Assembly: GCA_965652295.1 (NCBI GenBank)
Contig: CBFGTS010000008.1
Span: 32,001-96,000, forward strand
Source: an uncultured Haloferula sp.
GTDB taxonomy: Bacteria; Verrucomicrobiota; Verrucomicrobiia; Verrucomicrobiales; Akkermansiaceae
Length of the DNA: 64,000 nucleotides
Reading direction: 5' to 3'
This document shows, piece by piece, positions 24,730-34,225 of the stretch (the first letter of the stretch is position 1; each line of letters opens with the position of its first letter). Position numbers and translations under genes: made by a program. A model generated the notes under the pieces. The model had not been told where the DNA came from, ran no database searches, and was given only the letters and a program-made list of their open reading frames with translations.

Positions 24730-25626
24730 TCACCACGAACCGACCGTCACGCCCACGCGGACATAGGGCGAGCCCTCGGCGTCGCCGAGGCCGGGCGTGA
24801 TGTACGTGCGGCCGCCGGGGCTGGTGATCCTCAATTCGTTTCCAAAAGTGTAGCCGGCTCCGAGGTCGAGCCATACGTCGCCACCGAGGCGTTGGCGGAA
24901 GATCAACCCGGCACGGGCGGAGTCGTAGTCGAGCTGGGCATCCTGCCCCGCGAATCGGGTGCTCCAGTTTCCTCCACCCCACGCGGCTTCGAGGCCGAGG
25001 TGCCGGTCCTCCCCGAGGTCGCGGCGGATCACGAAGCGGGTGCCGTAGAGAAAGGTCGTCCAGTGATCGTTGATTTCCCAAAGAAACGCCGGGCCCGCGA
25101 TCAGCGAGGGGTCGTTGGTGAGGTCCGCGCCGTAAACGGAAAGTCCCAGAAGCAGCGAATCGGAGAAGCGGTAGCCGACGCCAGCGGCAGCAGCGAAAAA
25201 GAAATCCCGGCTGTCGACGCTTTCGAAAGAGGAATGAATGCCAGGCTTGAGCATCACGCCGTAGAGCCAGCCGTCGTTCTGTCCGATGAAGAAGTTGTAG
25301 AAATCGACGCGATGCAGCGGATCTTCGATCTCTGGGGCCAGGGCGGACAGGCCGGGAGGTGTGTTCTCCAGATTGAACAGCGAGAAATCATAGGTCAGCG
25401 CCGGAAGCCAGGCGAGACCGCCGGGTGTTTCATACTGCCCGAGCAGGGCGAAGGCACCGATGTTGGTGAAGCTCATGCTCGCCGCGCCGGTGTCGAAATC
25501 CGTTCCGAAGGAGTGGGTCGCGCGCAGGCTGGCGACGTTGATGTATTCGCGGATGTCGAGCTGGTCCGTTTCGACGGGGGCGGGAGGAAGGGCGAGGGCG
25601 GTTCCGGCGATGAGCACGTGAATCAT
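24730..25626 (-). CDS. Outer-membrane beta-barrel protein (DUF6268-like)
   Basis: Signal peptide, alternating amphipathic beta strands, terminal aromatic (VRVGVTVGSW). Confidence 0.65.
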   Translation of the reverse strand: MIHVLIAGTALALPPAPVETDQLDIREYINVASLRATHSFGTDFDTGAASMSFTNIGAFALLGQYETPGGLAWLPALTYDFSLFNLENTPPGLSALAPEIEDPLHRVDFYNFFIGQNDGWLYGVMLKPGIHSSFESVDSRDFFFAAAAGVGYRFSDSLLLGLSVYGADLTNDPSLIAGPAFLWEINDHWTTFLYGTRFVIRRDLGEDRHLGLEAAWGGGNWSTRFAGQDAQLDYDSARAGLIFRQRLGGDVWLDLGAGYTFGNELRITSPGGRTYITPGLGDAEGSPYVRVGVTVGSW

Positions 25627-25666
25627 ATTGTCTGGGATAATGAGTTCCGGCTACCCTCCACCTGCG

Positions 25667-25999
25667 ATGCACGGAAACAAGTCAACATTGTTCGCCCAAT
25701 CGGTTTATGACGCCCTCGGCCGGATTCCGTCCGGCAAGGTGACGACCTATAAGGAGCTCGGGAGGTCGATCGGGTGCGGCTCGCCGAGAGCGGTGGGCCA
25801 GGCGCTGCGGCGGAACCCGGACGCGCCCGAGGTGCCGTGCCACCGGGTGGTGCGCAGCGACGGCGGGCTGGGCGGCTATCAGGGAGAGACGGCGGGAGAG
25901 GGACTGGCGCGGAAAGAGAGTCTGCTGCGACAAGAAGGCGTTGTTTTCATGGATGAGAGGCGCGTGGATCTGACCTCGTCGGGTCACACCTTCGGTTAA
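25667..25999 (+). CDS. O6-methylguanine-DNA methyltransferase (MGMT), single domain
   Basis: IPSGKVTTYKELG, RAVGQAL, active-site VPCHRVV, K..LL..EG. Confidence 0.9.
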   Translation: MHGNKSTLFAQSVYDALGRIPSGKVTTYKELGRSIGCGSPRAVGQALRRNPDAPEVPCHRVVRSDGGLGGYQGETAGEGLARKESLLRQEGVVFMDERRVDLTSSGHTFG

Positions 26000-26310
26000 C
26001 GCCCGGCCAGCTCGATCACCCAGGAAACGATCGCGGCGATCGCCCCAAGCATCAGGAACATCAGCAAGAGACTGCGACCTTGTGCGCGGCGCTCGTTGCG
26101 GATTTCCCCCCGTGCGGCCTGCTCCTCGAAGCGGCGGTGGCGATCGCGGTCCACCAGATCGTCCGGAGGCGGAATCGTGGTTTCCCGCTCGATGAGCTCG
26201 AGTTCGAGTTGGCTCGGCAAGGCTTCCAGCTCGGCGATCTTCTCCTCCAGCTCGCGGCTTGCGTCGGCGAGCTGGTCGAGTTGTTCGTCGCGGGATTGTT
26301 TCCGGGCCAT
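25996..26310 (-). CDS. Small coiled-coil protein with C-terminal TM helix
   Basis: Heptad-rich N-terminus (LADASRELEEKIAELE). C-terminal hydrophobic SLLLMFLMLGAIAAIVSWVI. Confidence 0.7.
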   Translation of the reverse strand: MARKQSRDEQLDQLADASRELEEKIAELEALPSQLELELIERETTIPPPDDLVDRDRHRRFEEQAARGEIRNERRAQGRSLLLMFLMLGAIAAIVSWVIELAGR

Positions 26311-26324
26311 AGCGTCCCCCCAGA

Positions 26325-26936
26325 TCAGCGGCTCAGCCAGGCGACCAGAGCGACGAGCCCGAGCCCCAGCACCGGAAGGTTGAACGCCAGCCCGCGAAGG
26401 AACTGTTGCTTGAACTCGCCCGAGCCGCCGCGGGAGCGACGGACTCCTTGGAAAATCGAGGCGCTGCGGGTACGGGCGAAGTGCTCGGCCGCCTGGGAGT
26501 ATTCATCCTCGGCATGCTCGACGATGGCCAGCGCGCGATCGAGCTGACCGCTGAGCTGGTCGCGCGACCAGCCTTCTGGGTTGAGCTTTTCGATTTTGGA
26601 AAGATGGCCGGCAAAGCAACTTCGGCACTGCTCCAGGTCATCGATCTCCTGCCGCATTTCAAACACCTGGCGGTCGATCAAAGTGAGCGAGGAGGAGAGT
26701 CGGTCCGTCATTTCCACCTGGGAGCCGATCAGCTCGCGGCGACGGAAATTCAGCCGTTCGGTCTCCTGTTTCAGCCGCTCCAACTCCTCGCGCTGCGCCT
26801 GCAACTCCTCGAGCTGGGTCTGGGCCATGCGCAGGCGTCCTTCGACGTCGTCTCCGCTTCTGGCGGGCGCTCCGTCCATTTCGAGTTGGGTGTCGCGGAT
26901 ACGGATGTGGTGGGTGTGCTCTTTGGTTGCGGGCAT
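26325..26936 (-). CDS. Coiled-coil protein with C-terminal TM helix
   Basis: Long heptad run AQTQLEELQAQREELERLKQETERL. C-terminal LAFNLPVLGLGLVALVAWLSR. Confidence 0.75.
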   Translation of the reverse strand: MPATKEHTHHIRIRDTQLEMDGAPARSGDDVEGRLRMAQTQLEELQAQREELERLKQETERLNFRRRELIGSQVEMTDRLSSSLTLIDRQVFEMRQEIDDLEQCRSCFAGHLSKIEKLNPEGWSRDQLSGQLDRALAIVEHAEDEYSQAAEHFARTRSASIFQGVRRSRGGSGEFKQQFLRGLAFNLPVLGLGLVALVAWLSR

Positions 26937-27118
26937 TGCCTTGGGAAGGAGGCGGAACAGCGTCGAAGTTTTAAGGATTCGTCTGCTGTTTTTCCAGCGA
27001 AATGTTTGGATCTTCCGACCTTAATCATTTCCTTCATACCGTCGGACCGGAGTGGGAGGAATTCTTCGAAGCGAAATGAAAAGATCCCCGGGTGGATTCA
27101 GTAAGGAACGCCATAGCG

Positions 27119-28486
27119 ATGAATAACCCACACGTTTCCCGGCGCCGTTTCCTCAAGTCCTCCTCGTTTGCCGCTGGCGCGGCGGCGTTTCCGAACCTGC
27201 TGCTCGGGCAGGACAAGGAAACCTCCAAGATGCTCCAAGTGGCCGCGGTCGGCTGCGGCGGCAAGGGTCGTGGAGATATTTCCGAGATCGCCACCGGCAA
27301 TCGAATCGTCGCGCTCTGCGATGTGGATCACGTTCGTGCGAAGGATGCGTTCGATGCGTTCCCCGAGGCCAAGCGCTTCTTCGATTTCCGGGAGATGCTT
27401 TCGGAAATGGCGGATCAGATCGATGTGGTGACGGTTTCCACCGCCGATCACATGCACTTTCCCATCGCCCTCGAAGCGATGCGTCTCGGCAAGCCGGTCT
27501 TCGTGCAGAAGCCGCTGACCAATCGCATCTGGGAAGCACGGGCGCTGGCGCACGTGGCCAAGAAGAAGGGCCTGATGACGGTGATGGGGAACCAGGGCGC
27601 GACGACCGCGGGCACGCGGATTCTCCGCGAGTGGATCGAAGCCGGCCTGATCGGGGAGGTGACCGAGGTCCACTACTGGACGAATCGACCGATCTGGCCG
27701 CAGGGCAAGGGCCTCGATTTTCCCAAGGAAGCGGTGCCGGACACGCTCAACTGGGACGTCTGGCAGGGATCGGTGGCGGAGCGGCGGGACTACAGCCCGC
27801 GAATCCACCCCTTCGCCTGGCGCGGGTTCTGGGACTATGGCTGCGGCGCGCTGGGCGACATCGGTTGCCACAGCTTCAACTCCGCCTTCTGGGCCCTGAA
27901 CCTGAGCGGCGACTTCATCGTCGAGGCCAGCGACGTGAGCGAGTTCGACGACGTGACCGCCCCGAGCCGCTCGACGATCGAGTATCTTTTCCCCGCGAAG
28001 AACGGTCGTGGCCCGGTCAAGGTGCTGTGGCAGGACGGCGTGGGCGATCCGAACACCGACAAGGATTTCGTGCGTCCTCCGGGCATTCCCGACGATCTTG
28101 AGCTGAACCACGAGTTCGGTCAGGTGTTCGTGGGCACCGAGGGCGTGATGTATTGCTCCGACGCCTACTGCGGGCGTCCGCCGCAGCTCTTCAATGAGAA
28201 GCTCATTGAGAAGTCGCGGACCATCAAACCGGTCTATGAACGGGTGAAGGGCGGACCGACCCAGGAGCTGGCCCGCGCCATCCGTGGGGAGGGGCCGAAG
28301 CCAATCTCGAATTTCGAGGATCACGCCGGGCCGTTGACCGAGATGGTGCTGGCCGGAAACCTGGCGGTGCGCCTTGGCAAGAAGGTCGACTGGGATTCCA
28401 AGGGCATGAAGGTCCGCGGATATCCTCAAGCGGACGAACTCCTGCGCCGCGAGTATTTCAAAGGCTGGGAGCCGGAGGGGGTGTAA
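27119..28486 (+). CDS. Tat-exported Gfo/Idh/MocA NAD(P)-dependent oxidoreductase
   Basis: Tat motif SRRRFLK. VGCGGKG, STADHMH, FVQKPL, MGNQG, WRGFWDYGCGALGDIGCH. Confidence 0.92.
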   Translation: MNNPHVSRRRFLKSSSFAAGAAAFPNLLLGQDKETSKMLQVAAVGCGGKGRGDISEIATGNRIVALCDVDHVRAKDAFDAFPEAKRFFDFREMLSEMADQIDVVTVSTADHMHFPIALEAMRLGKPVFVQKPLTNRIWEARALAHVAKKKGLMTVMGNQGATTAGTRILREWIEAGLIGEVTEVHYWTNRPIWPQGKGLDFPKEAVPDTLNWDVWQGSVAERRDYSPRIHPFAWRGFWDYGCGALGDIGCHSFNSAFWALNLSGDFIVEASDVSEFDDVTAPSRSTIEYLFPAKNGRGPVKVLWQDGVGDPNTDKDFVRPPGIPDDLELNHEFGQVFVGTEGVMYCSDAYCGRPPQLFNEKLIEKSRTIKPVYERVKGGPTQELARAIRGEGPKPISNFEDHAGPLTEMVLAGNLAVRLGKKVDWDSKGMKVRGYPQADELLRREYFKGWEPEGV

Positions 28487-28502
28487 GTCTTTTCGTTGGT
28501 GA

Positions 28503-28706
28503 TCAACCTCCGGCGGCGATGGTGACGATCTCGATCACCGCGCCGTCGGAGACGGTGCGGTGGGCGTGTTCGCCGGGCGGCAGGGCTTCGCGGTCGAGTT
28601 CGATCACGACGGGCTTGCCGCCGAGACCGAGGTGATCGAGCAGCTTTGGCAGCGGCATTTCGTCGCCGGGCAGCTGCTGGGGTTGGCCGTTGAGAGTGAT
28701 AGTCAT
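28503..28706 (-). CDS. thiS: Sulfur carrier protein ThiS
   Basis: 67 aa, ITLNG start, C-terminal IEIVTIAAGG. Confidence 0.9.
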   Translation of the reverse strand: MTITLNGQPQQLPGDEMPLPKLLDHLGLGGKPVVIELDREALPPGEHAHRTVSDGAVIEIVTIAAGG

Positions 28707-28713
28707 CGGTCGG

Positions 28714-29850
28714 TCAGGCGGGATTGAGGATGGCTTCGTCCCAGTCCTTCCAGACGGGTTCGAGATCCTGGCCGCGGAGCATGGCGGCGATGTCCGCGGG
28801 GCTGCGGGAGTCGTCGATTTTGAACTGCTCGGTGGCGCGCTCGCAGCCGGAGCGGTTCTCCATTTCCACGCGGCGGCCGCGAACGGTCAGGTGCAAATCG
28901 TCGTGGCCGGCTCCGGTGTAGCCGCCGGGCTCCGTCTTCGCGCCGGCGGACATGTGGGTGATGCCCAGTGGTGCGAGCGCGTCGCGCAGTGGAGCGGGCT
29001 CGCGGGTGGAAAGCACCACCCCGACCTGGGGAAACATGAGCCGGAACGCCGCGACGAGCTGGATCAGGGCGCGGTCGGAGAGGAACAGGTTCGGGTCCGG
29101 GGTGTATTGGTAGTTTCCGGCGTAGGGCCGCATGCGGGGGAAGGCGACGGTGAGCTGCGCCTTCCAGCAATGTTTGAGGAGATACTCAAGGTGGGCGGCG
29201 AGGCTGAGGGCTTCCGTTTTCCAGTCCGCCAAGCCGAACAGTGCGCCGATGCCGATGCGCCGGAAGCCGCCGCGGTAGGCGCGCTCGGGGCAGTCGAGCC
29301 GCCAGTCGAAATGCTTTTTCGGCCCGGCCGTGTGAAGTCGCGTGTAGGCGGTCTCATCGTAGGTCTCCTGATAGACCACGAGGCCTTCGGCACCGTGGGA
29401 GACGATCTCGGCATACTGCGGGTCCTCCATCGGGCCGACCTCCAGAGCCAGCGTGGGGATGAAGGTGCGCAGGGCGTCGAGACACTCCTGCAGGTAGCCA
29501 TCGGAGACGAATTTCGGATGCTCGCCGGCGACCAGCAGGATGTTGCGGAAGCCGAGGTCGTGGAGGTGGCGGGCCTCGCGCACGACCTGATCGACGCTCA
29601 GCGTGGTGCGGAGGATCGGGTTGTCGCGGGAGAAGCCGCAATAGCTGCAGTTGTTCACGCACTCGTTCGAAACGTAGAGCGGCGCGAACAGGCGCATGGT
29701 GCGGCCGAAATGGCGGCGGGTGACGGCGCGGGATTCGCGGGTCATGGCGCGCAGCCGGGCGTCGTCGCATGGCTGGATGAGCGCTTCGAACCGGCGGAGC
29801 AGCGGGCTGGGGCGGGCGAGCGCGTTCTGAAGTGTGGTGGAGAAGGCCAT
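28714..29850 (-). CDS. thiH: 2-iminoacetate synthase ThiH (radical SAM)
   Basis: FAPLYVSNECVNNCSYCGFS, YQETY, GIGALFGL, FPRMRP, LSTRE, MSAGAKTEPGGY, EQFKIDDSRS, PVWKDWD. Confidence 0.93.
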   Translation of the reverse strand: MAFSTTLQNALARPSPLLRRFEALIQPCDDARLRAMTRESRAVTRRHFGRTMRLFAPLYVSNECVNNCSYCGFSRDNPILRTTLSVDQVVREARHLHDLGFRNILLVAGEHPKFVSDGYLQECLDALRTFIPTLALEVGPMEDPQYAEIVSHGAEGLVVYQETYDETAYTRLHTAGPKKHFDWRLDCPERAYRGGFRRIGIGALFGLADWKTEALSLAAHLEYLLKHCWKAQLTVAFPRMRPYAGNYQYTPDPNLFLSDRALIQLVAAFRLMFPQVGVVLSTREPAPLRDALAPLGITHMSAGAKTEPGGYTGAGHDDLHLTVRGRRVEMENRSGCERATEQFKIDDSRSPADIAAMLRGQDLEPVWKDWDEAILNPA

Positions 29851-29861
29851 CGGGCGGCGGC

Positions 29862-29890
29862 AGTGTGGGCCCGGGCGGCGGGGCCGTCAA
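29862..29890 (-). promoter_or_regulatory. Sigma70-like promoter of thiH
   Basis: TTGACG-17 bp-CACACT, ending 11 nt before the ATG. Confidence 0.5.
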
Positions 29891-29958
29891 AGGGGTTTGG
29901 GTAGCGAGGGCTTGCCAATCGGGGATGAGCCCGGTTGTTTGCTGGTGAAGACCTTTCC

Positions 29959-30777
29959 ATGACCGAGCCGATTGTTTGCAAACCCACGCCTTGGTTCCTG
30001 CTGCGAGCGGTGGCCATGCTCTTAATGTTCGGGATTTTCGCCGCAATGTTCTTCAAGGACGGCAAGTGGGGATACCGCGAACAGAACCTGGCGTGGTACA
30101 CGTGGAAGGGCTTCGAGAAGGCTTCGGCCGACTTTGCTGCGCAGCGGAGCGAAATGGATGCCGCGGAGTGGAAGGCCTACGCCGCACAGCAGGAAATCGA
30201 GCTGCCGGAAGACCGCTCGATCCTGCCGCCCGATACGCCCGAGCGCCTGCCATGGCCCGAGATCCTCGGCGATTACGAGGCGATGAAGACGGGCGGGGAA
30301 AACCCGCGGACCAAGCTTTTCGATCCCTATCGGGAGGCCGTGGGCATGAAAGCGAAGGTTCCGGAGCACGATTTCATCGCTCAGAAGATTTTCGAACAGT
30401 GGGTCGTTTTCTGGATCTGCCTGGTGTTGGCGGCGGGGGCCTTGGTGGTGTTGCTGCGCACCTTGGGCCGCTCGATCAAACTGGAGGGAGGGAAGTTTTT
30501 CCCCGCGGGCGGCAAGCCGGTGGCGGTGGCGGATCTGAAGCGGATCGACCTGCGGCGCTGGCAGAACAAGGGGCTGGCCTATGCGTGGGCGGACGAGGCG
30601 GGCGGCGAGCGGAAGATCCGCATCGACGGCCTGACCTACGGCGGTTTCAAGAGCGAGGACGGCCAACCGGCGGAAAAACTCATGCAAGCCCTGTTGGCCG
30701 GGTTTTCCGGTGAGGTGATCGACTACGAGAAGCCGGCGGAAAGCCCGGTGCCGGAGCCCGGGGCCGGCGGTGACTGA
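29959..30777 (+). CDS. Membrane protein, hypothetical (2 TM)
   Basis: TM segments WFLLRAVAMLLMFGIFAAMFF and WVVFWICLVLAAGALVVLL. Confidence 0.75.
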   Translation: MTEPIVCKPTPWFLLRAVAMLLMFGIFAAMFFKDGKWGYREQNLAWYTWKGFEKASADFAAQRSEMDAAEWKAYAAQQEIELPEDRSILPPDTPERLPWPEILGDYEAMKTGGENPRTKLFDPYREAVGMKAKVPEHDFIAQKIFEQWVVFWICLVLAAGALVVLLRTLGRSIKLEGGKFFPAGGKPVAVADLKRIDLRRWQNKGLAYAWADEAGGERKIRIDGLTYGGFKSEDGQPAEKLMQALLAGFSGEVIDYEKPAESPVPEPGAGGD

Positions 30778-30854
30778 CAGCCGTTTTTTCGGGGTTGCAT
30801 TGCCGGGTTGGCATCGCGTAATCCCTCCCCAACGCAACTACCACAAGCACATCC

Positions 30855-31097
30855 ATGTCTGACAAGAGCATCGAAGACCGCGTCAAAGATATTATCGTGG
30901 ACCAGCTCGGCGTGAACGCCGACCAGGTCACCCCGGAAGCCAAGTTCATCGAGGATCTCGGCGCGGACTCGCTCGACACCGTCGAACTGGTCATGGCTTT
31001 CGAAGAAGAATTCGAAATCGAAGTTCCGGACGAGGAAGCCGAAAAGCTCCAGTCCGTGGGCGACGTGATCACCTACGTGAAGGGCGCCCAAGGCTGA
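30855..31097 (+). CDS. acpP: Acyl carrier protein
   Basis: [20 protein letters not shown]. Confidence 0.98.
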   Translation: MSDKSIEDRVKDIIVDQLGVNADQVTPEAKFIEDLGADSLDTVELVMAFEEEFEIEVPDEEAEKLQSVGDVITYVKGAQG

Positions 31098-31122
31098 TCA
31101 GCCCGAGGACGTGACTTTTACC

Positions 31123-31162
31123 CGAGGGGCGGGCCCGGTATCGGGTCCGCCCCTCGTGCTTT
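31123..31162 (+). terminator. Terminator hairpin after acpP
   Basis: 15-bp stem cgaggggcgggcccg / cgggtccgcccctcg, loop gtat, then tgcttt. Confidence 0.7.
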
Positions 31163-31194
31163 GCGGTTTCGCCGAATCCGGGGAAGGTTCCATC

Positions 31195-31731
31195 ATGCAT
31201 TCACGCGACGACGTCCAGTACGCCATGGAGACCACCAGGGTCCTCCTGACGCCCGACCGCCGGATCGACACCTTCGGCGACACCAGTTTCGAATTTCTGA
31301 TGCTCAGCGAGCTGATGGACAGCGTGGGCAGTATCCGGCTTCGCTCCGGCAGGATCGAAGCCGTCCGCCCGCGGATCGTCCGGCCGGACAACCTCGACGG
31401 CATTGAAATGGAGGGCTTTGACGACAAGGCACGGGAGCGTTTCGAGCGCCTCGTGGCGAAAATGCGTGAAGCCGGTCACAAGCTGGCGTTTCTGCAGTAT
31501 GGCTTCCGTTTCGCCCGCGGGCAGGTGCGCGAGGAACTCGTCACCTCGCCGCTGGACGACCTCCGCGGGCGGGTGTTGGAAGACGCCCGTCAGCGCGGCA
31601 ACCCGGCTCAGGCGATCATTGAGGGTGTGGACGACGCCTGGGAGGTCTCGCTTTTCAAGTTCCTGCTGGAGATGATCGAGCATTCGATGCCGATCAACGG
31701 ATTCGACTTCCAGCGGCGGGGACTTCTTTGA
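31195..31731 (+). CDS. Hypothetical protein
   Basis: ORF MHSRDDVQYAMETTRV..RRIDTFG..AIIEGVDDAWEVSL with normal codon bias; function not recognised. Confidence 0.75.
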   Translation: MHSRDDVQYAMETTRVLLTPDRRIDTFGDTSFEFLMLSELMDSVGSIRLRSGRIEAVRPRIVRPDNLDGIEMEGFDDKARERFERLVAKMREAGHKLAFLQYGFRFARGQVREELVTSPLDDLRGRVLEDARQRGNPAQAIIEGVDDAWEVSLFKFLLEMIEHSMPINGFDFQRRGLL

Positions 31732-31744
31732 ATCATTCGCGCCG

Positions 31745-32635
31745 ATGAGTCTGTGGACCTTGATCCGGATCCTCGCGGGTCTGGCAGTGGCCGGCGTGGT
31801 GGTTTTCACCCTGCTGACCGTCCGCCATGTGAGGGAGGAACCGGTGGGTGGCGTCTTTTCGGAATGGATTCCGGTGGCGACCCACACGGCACCGCTCATC
31901 GCCCTGCCCAAGCCATCCGCTGATTCGCCGGAGATCGATCCGGGGGCGAAGCTCTTTGAAAAAGCCCGGCAATCGCTGGCCATCGGGGACCTGACCTTGG
32001 CACGCGACCGGCTGCGGCAGATCGCCACCGTTTACCCACGATCCGGTGCCGGGCCTGAAACGCGGCGGATCCTCAGCGAAATGAATCTCGATGAGCTGCT
32101 TTCGCCGAGCCGGACCGACGACAAGACCCTCTACAAGGTGAAGCGCGGCGATTCCTACCTCGCGATCGCCGCCCGGCACGACACCACACTGGACATGATC
32201 GTCCACCTCAACGGTTTGTTCGATTTGTCCAACCTCCAGCCCGGCGACGAACTGCTGTTGATGTCGCTGAATCTGCGGTTGCTGATCGAACCTGACCGGG
32301 AAACCCTCTCTCTCTGGAAGGGAGAGGATTTCGTAGCGGAATACCCTGCCCGGGAAATGGTGGGTCTGCGCGCGAGCACCAAGACGAAGATTGTCGGCAA
32401 ACAGGGAATCCGCGACGGCCGGAGAATTCCGCCCAGTCATCCCGATTACCGGGGGGCGCAAAAGGTGCTTTCTCTGGAGTCGCCGGCGGTGGAAATCGCT
32501 GTCGCGCCCAAGGAAACTCCGAAAGATGCGGACGAACTCGCCCCCGGCGTCTATCTCAAGCCCGAACACATGGAAGAACTTGCTCTCCTTCTCCGACCGG
32601 GGAATGAGGTGGAAATCCGCTTGAGCGGGCGTTAG
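31745..32635 (+). CDS. Membrane-anchored LysM-domain protein
   Basis: N-terminal TM. LysM YKVKRGDSYLAIAARHDTTLDMIVHLNGL..LQPGDELLL. C-terminus may be degenerate L,D-transpeptidase-like. Confidence 0.8.
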   Translation: MSLWTLIRILAGLAVAGVVVFTLLTVRHVREEPVGGVFSEWIPVATHTAPLIALPKPSADSPEIDPGAKLFEKARQSLAIGDLTLARDRLRQIATVYPRSGAGPETRRILSEMNLDELLSPSRTDDKTLYKVKRGDSYLAIAARHDTTLDMIVHLNGLFDLSNLQPGDELLLMSLNLRLLIEPDRETLSLWKGEDFVAEYPAREMVGLRASTKTKIVGKQGIRDGRRIPPSHPDYRGAQKVLSLESPAVEIAVAPKETPKDADELAPGVYLKPEHMEELALLLRPGNEVEIRLSGR

Positions 32636-32682
32636 CTTCCGTCATCGGCCGCCAGCGTGGCGGCCCATTCCGTTGATCACCC

Positions 32683-33636
32683 ATGCAGCTGTTGGAATTT
32701 GAAAAGCCGATCGTCGAGCTGGAGCGCGAGCTCGAAAAGCTCCGGACCAAGGCGGATTCGCAGGACATCGACATGTCCACGGAAATCTCCACGATGGAGG
32801 CGAAGCTGGCGGAGACCCGCCGCAGCATCTATCAAAACCTCACTCCCTGGCAACGCGTGCAGATCGCCCGTCACACCCAGCGTCCCTTCATGCTCGACTA
32901 CCTCGCCCAGGTTTTCACCGACTACTGCGAACTCCATGGCGACCGGCGGATCGGCGACGATGAGGCGATGCCGGGCGGATTCGCAACCCTCGGCGGTCGC
33001 AGGGTGGTGGTGATCGGCCACCAGAAGGGGCGCGACACCAAGGAGAACCTGAAGCGCAATTTCGGCTCCGCCCACCCGGAAGGCTACCGCAAGGCGATGC
33101 GGCTGATGAAGCTGGCGGAGAAATTCAAACTGCCCATGGTGGCGTTGATCGATACCCCGGGTGCCTATCCCGGGATCGGTGCGGAAGAGCGGAACATCGC
33201 CGAGGCGATCGCCTACAACCTGCGGGAAATGATGTTGCTCAAGGTGCCCGTGGTGGCCGTGGTGCTCGGTGAGGGTGGTTCCGGCGGCGCGCTCGGGATC
33301 GGCGTGGCCGACCGTGTGCTGATGATGGAAAACGCTTACTATTCGGTGATCAGTCCCGAGGGCTGCGCGGCGATTCTTTGGAAACACCGCAAGCACGCGC
33401 CGGAAGCGGCGGAGGCGATGAAACTCGCTGCGCCGGATCTGCTGAAACTCGGACTGATCGATGGCGTCGTGCCGGAACCGCAGGGCGGTGCCCACCATGA
33501 CCACAAGTTGGCGGCCCAGGCGCTCGGCGAGGCGGTGGGCGCGGCGATCGATGAACTCTCGAAGCTTCCCGTGGCCAAGCTGCTCGACGCGAGGTACGAC
33601 AAGTTCCGCAAGTTCGGCGAGTGGACGGAGGTCTGA
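32683..33636 (+). CDS. accA: Acetyl-CoA carboxylase carboxyltransferase alpha
   Basis: LEFEKPI, LTPWQRVQIARH, ELHGDR, GHQKGRDTKE, IDTPGAYPGIGAEER, GEGGSGGALG. Confidence 0.98.
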   Translation: MQLLEFEKPIVELERELEKLRTKADSQDIDMSTEISTMEAKLAETRRSIYQNLTPWQRVQIARHTQRPFMLDYLAQVFTDYCELHGDRRIGDDEAMPGGFATLGGRRVVVIGHQKGRDTKENLKRNFGSAHPEGYRKAMRLMKLAEKFKLPMVALIDTPGAYPGIGAEERNIAEAIAYNLREMMLLKVPVVAVVLGEGGSGGALGIGVADRVLMMENAYYSVISPEGCAAILWKHRKHAPEAAEAMKLAAPDLLKLGLIDGVVPEPQGGAHHDHKLAAQALGEAVGAAIDELSKLPVAKLLDARYDKFRKFGEWTEV

Positions 33637-33657
33637 CTTCGGCAGGCAAGGCCGCTT

Positions 33658-34170
33658 TTACATCCCGGCCTGCCAGAGCGCGGCCTGGATCTTGAAATCG
33701 ACGAGGCAGCCTTCCTGCTCTTTTTGACGAAGAAAGCCGCGGACCTCGGAGAGTGGGACCTCGTGCACGGTGATGTCTTCCAGCCCGGTGCCGCCGCCAT
33801 CCGCGACTTTCCGCAGATCGCGGGCAAGGAAGAGGTGGGTGGTCTCGCTGGTCATGCCCGCGGAGGTGGGGGAACTCAGAAGCAGCTCGATCTCGCCTGC
33901 TTCATAGCCGGTTTCCTCGCGCAGCTCGCGTCTCGCGGTTTCGGCGAGGTCTTCTCCCGCGAATTCGTCTTCGTCGCCCACCAGCCCGGCGGGGATCTCG
34001 ATGACGCGCTTTTGCAGGGGAATCCGGAACTGTTCGATGAGCAGCAGCTGGTTTGCCGGCGTGATGGCGAGGATGCCGACGGCGGAGTCGGCGTTGGGTC
34101 GGCGGACGAAGTCCCAGTGGCCGTTGCGGTAGACTCCCAGCCAGGGGGTCTCGAAAAGCGTCTCGATCAT
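33658..34170 (-). CDS. NUDIX hydrolase (ADP-ribose pyrophosphatase-like)
   Basis: EQFRIP..IEIPAGLVG..ETARRELREETGY. Confidence 0.9.
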   Translation of the reverse strand: MIETLFETPWLGVYRNGHWDFVRRPNADSAVGILAITPANQLLLIEQFRIPLQKRVIEIPAGLVGDEDEFAGEDLAETARRELREETGYEAGEIELLLSSPTSAGMTSETTHLFLARDLRKVADGGGTGLEDITVHEVPLSEVRGFLRQKEQEGCLVDFKIQAALWQAGM

Positions 34171-34225
34171 GTGCAAAGATGTTCTGGAACCTGGACGTAT
34201 GAAGGGCAGGTTTTCCCCGTCGCCC

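Noticed and set aside
34182..34194. tgttctggaacc as a verrucomicrobial LexA box (TGTTC-N4-GAACA)
   Set aside because: Spacer is 2 nt and the right half is imperfect.
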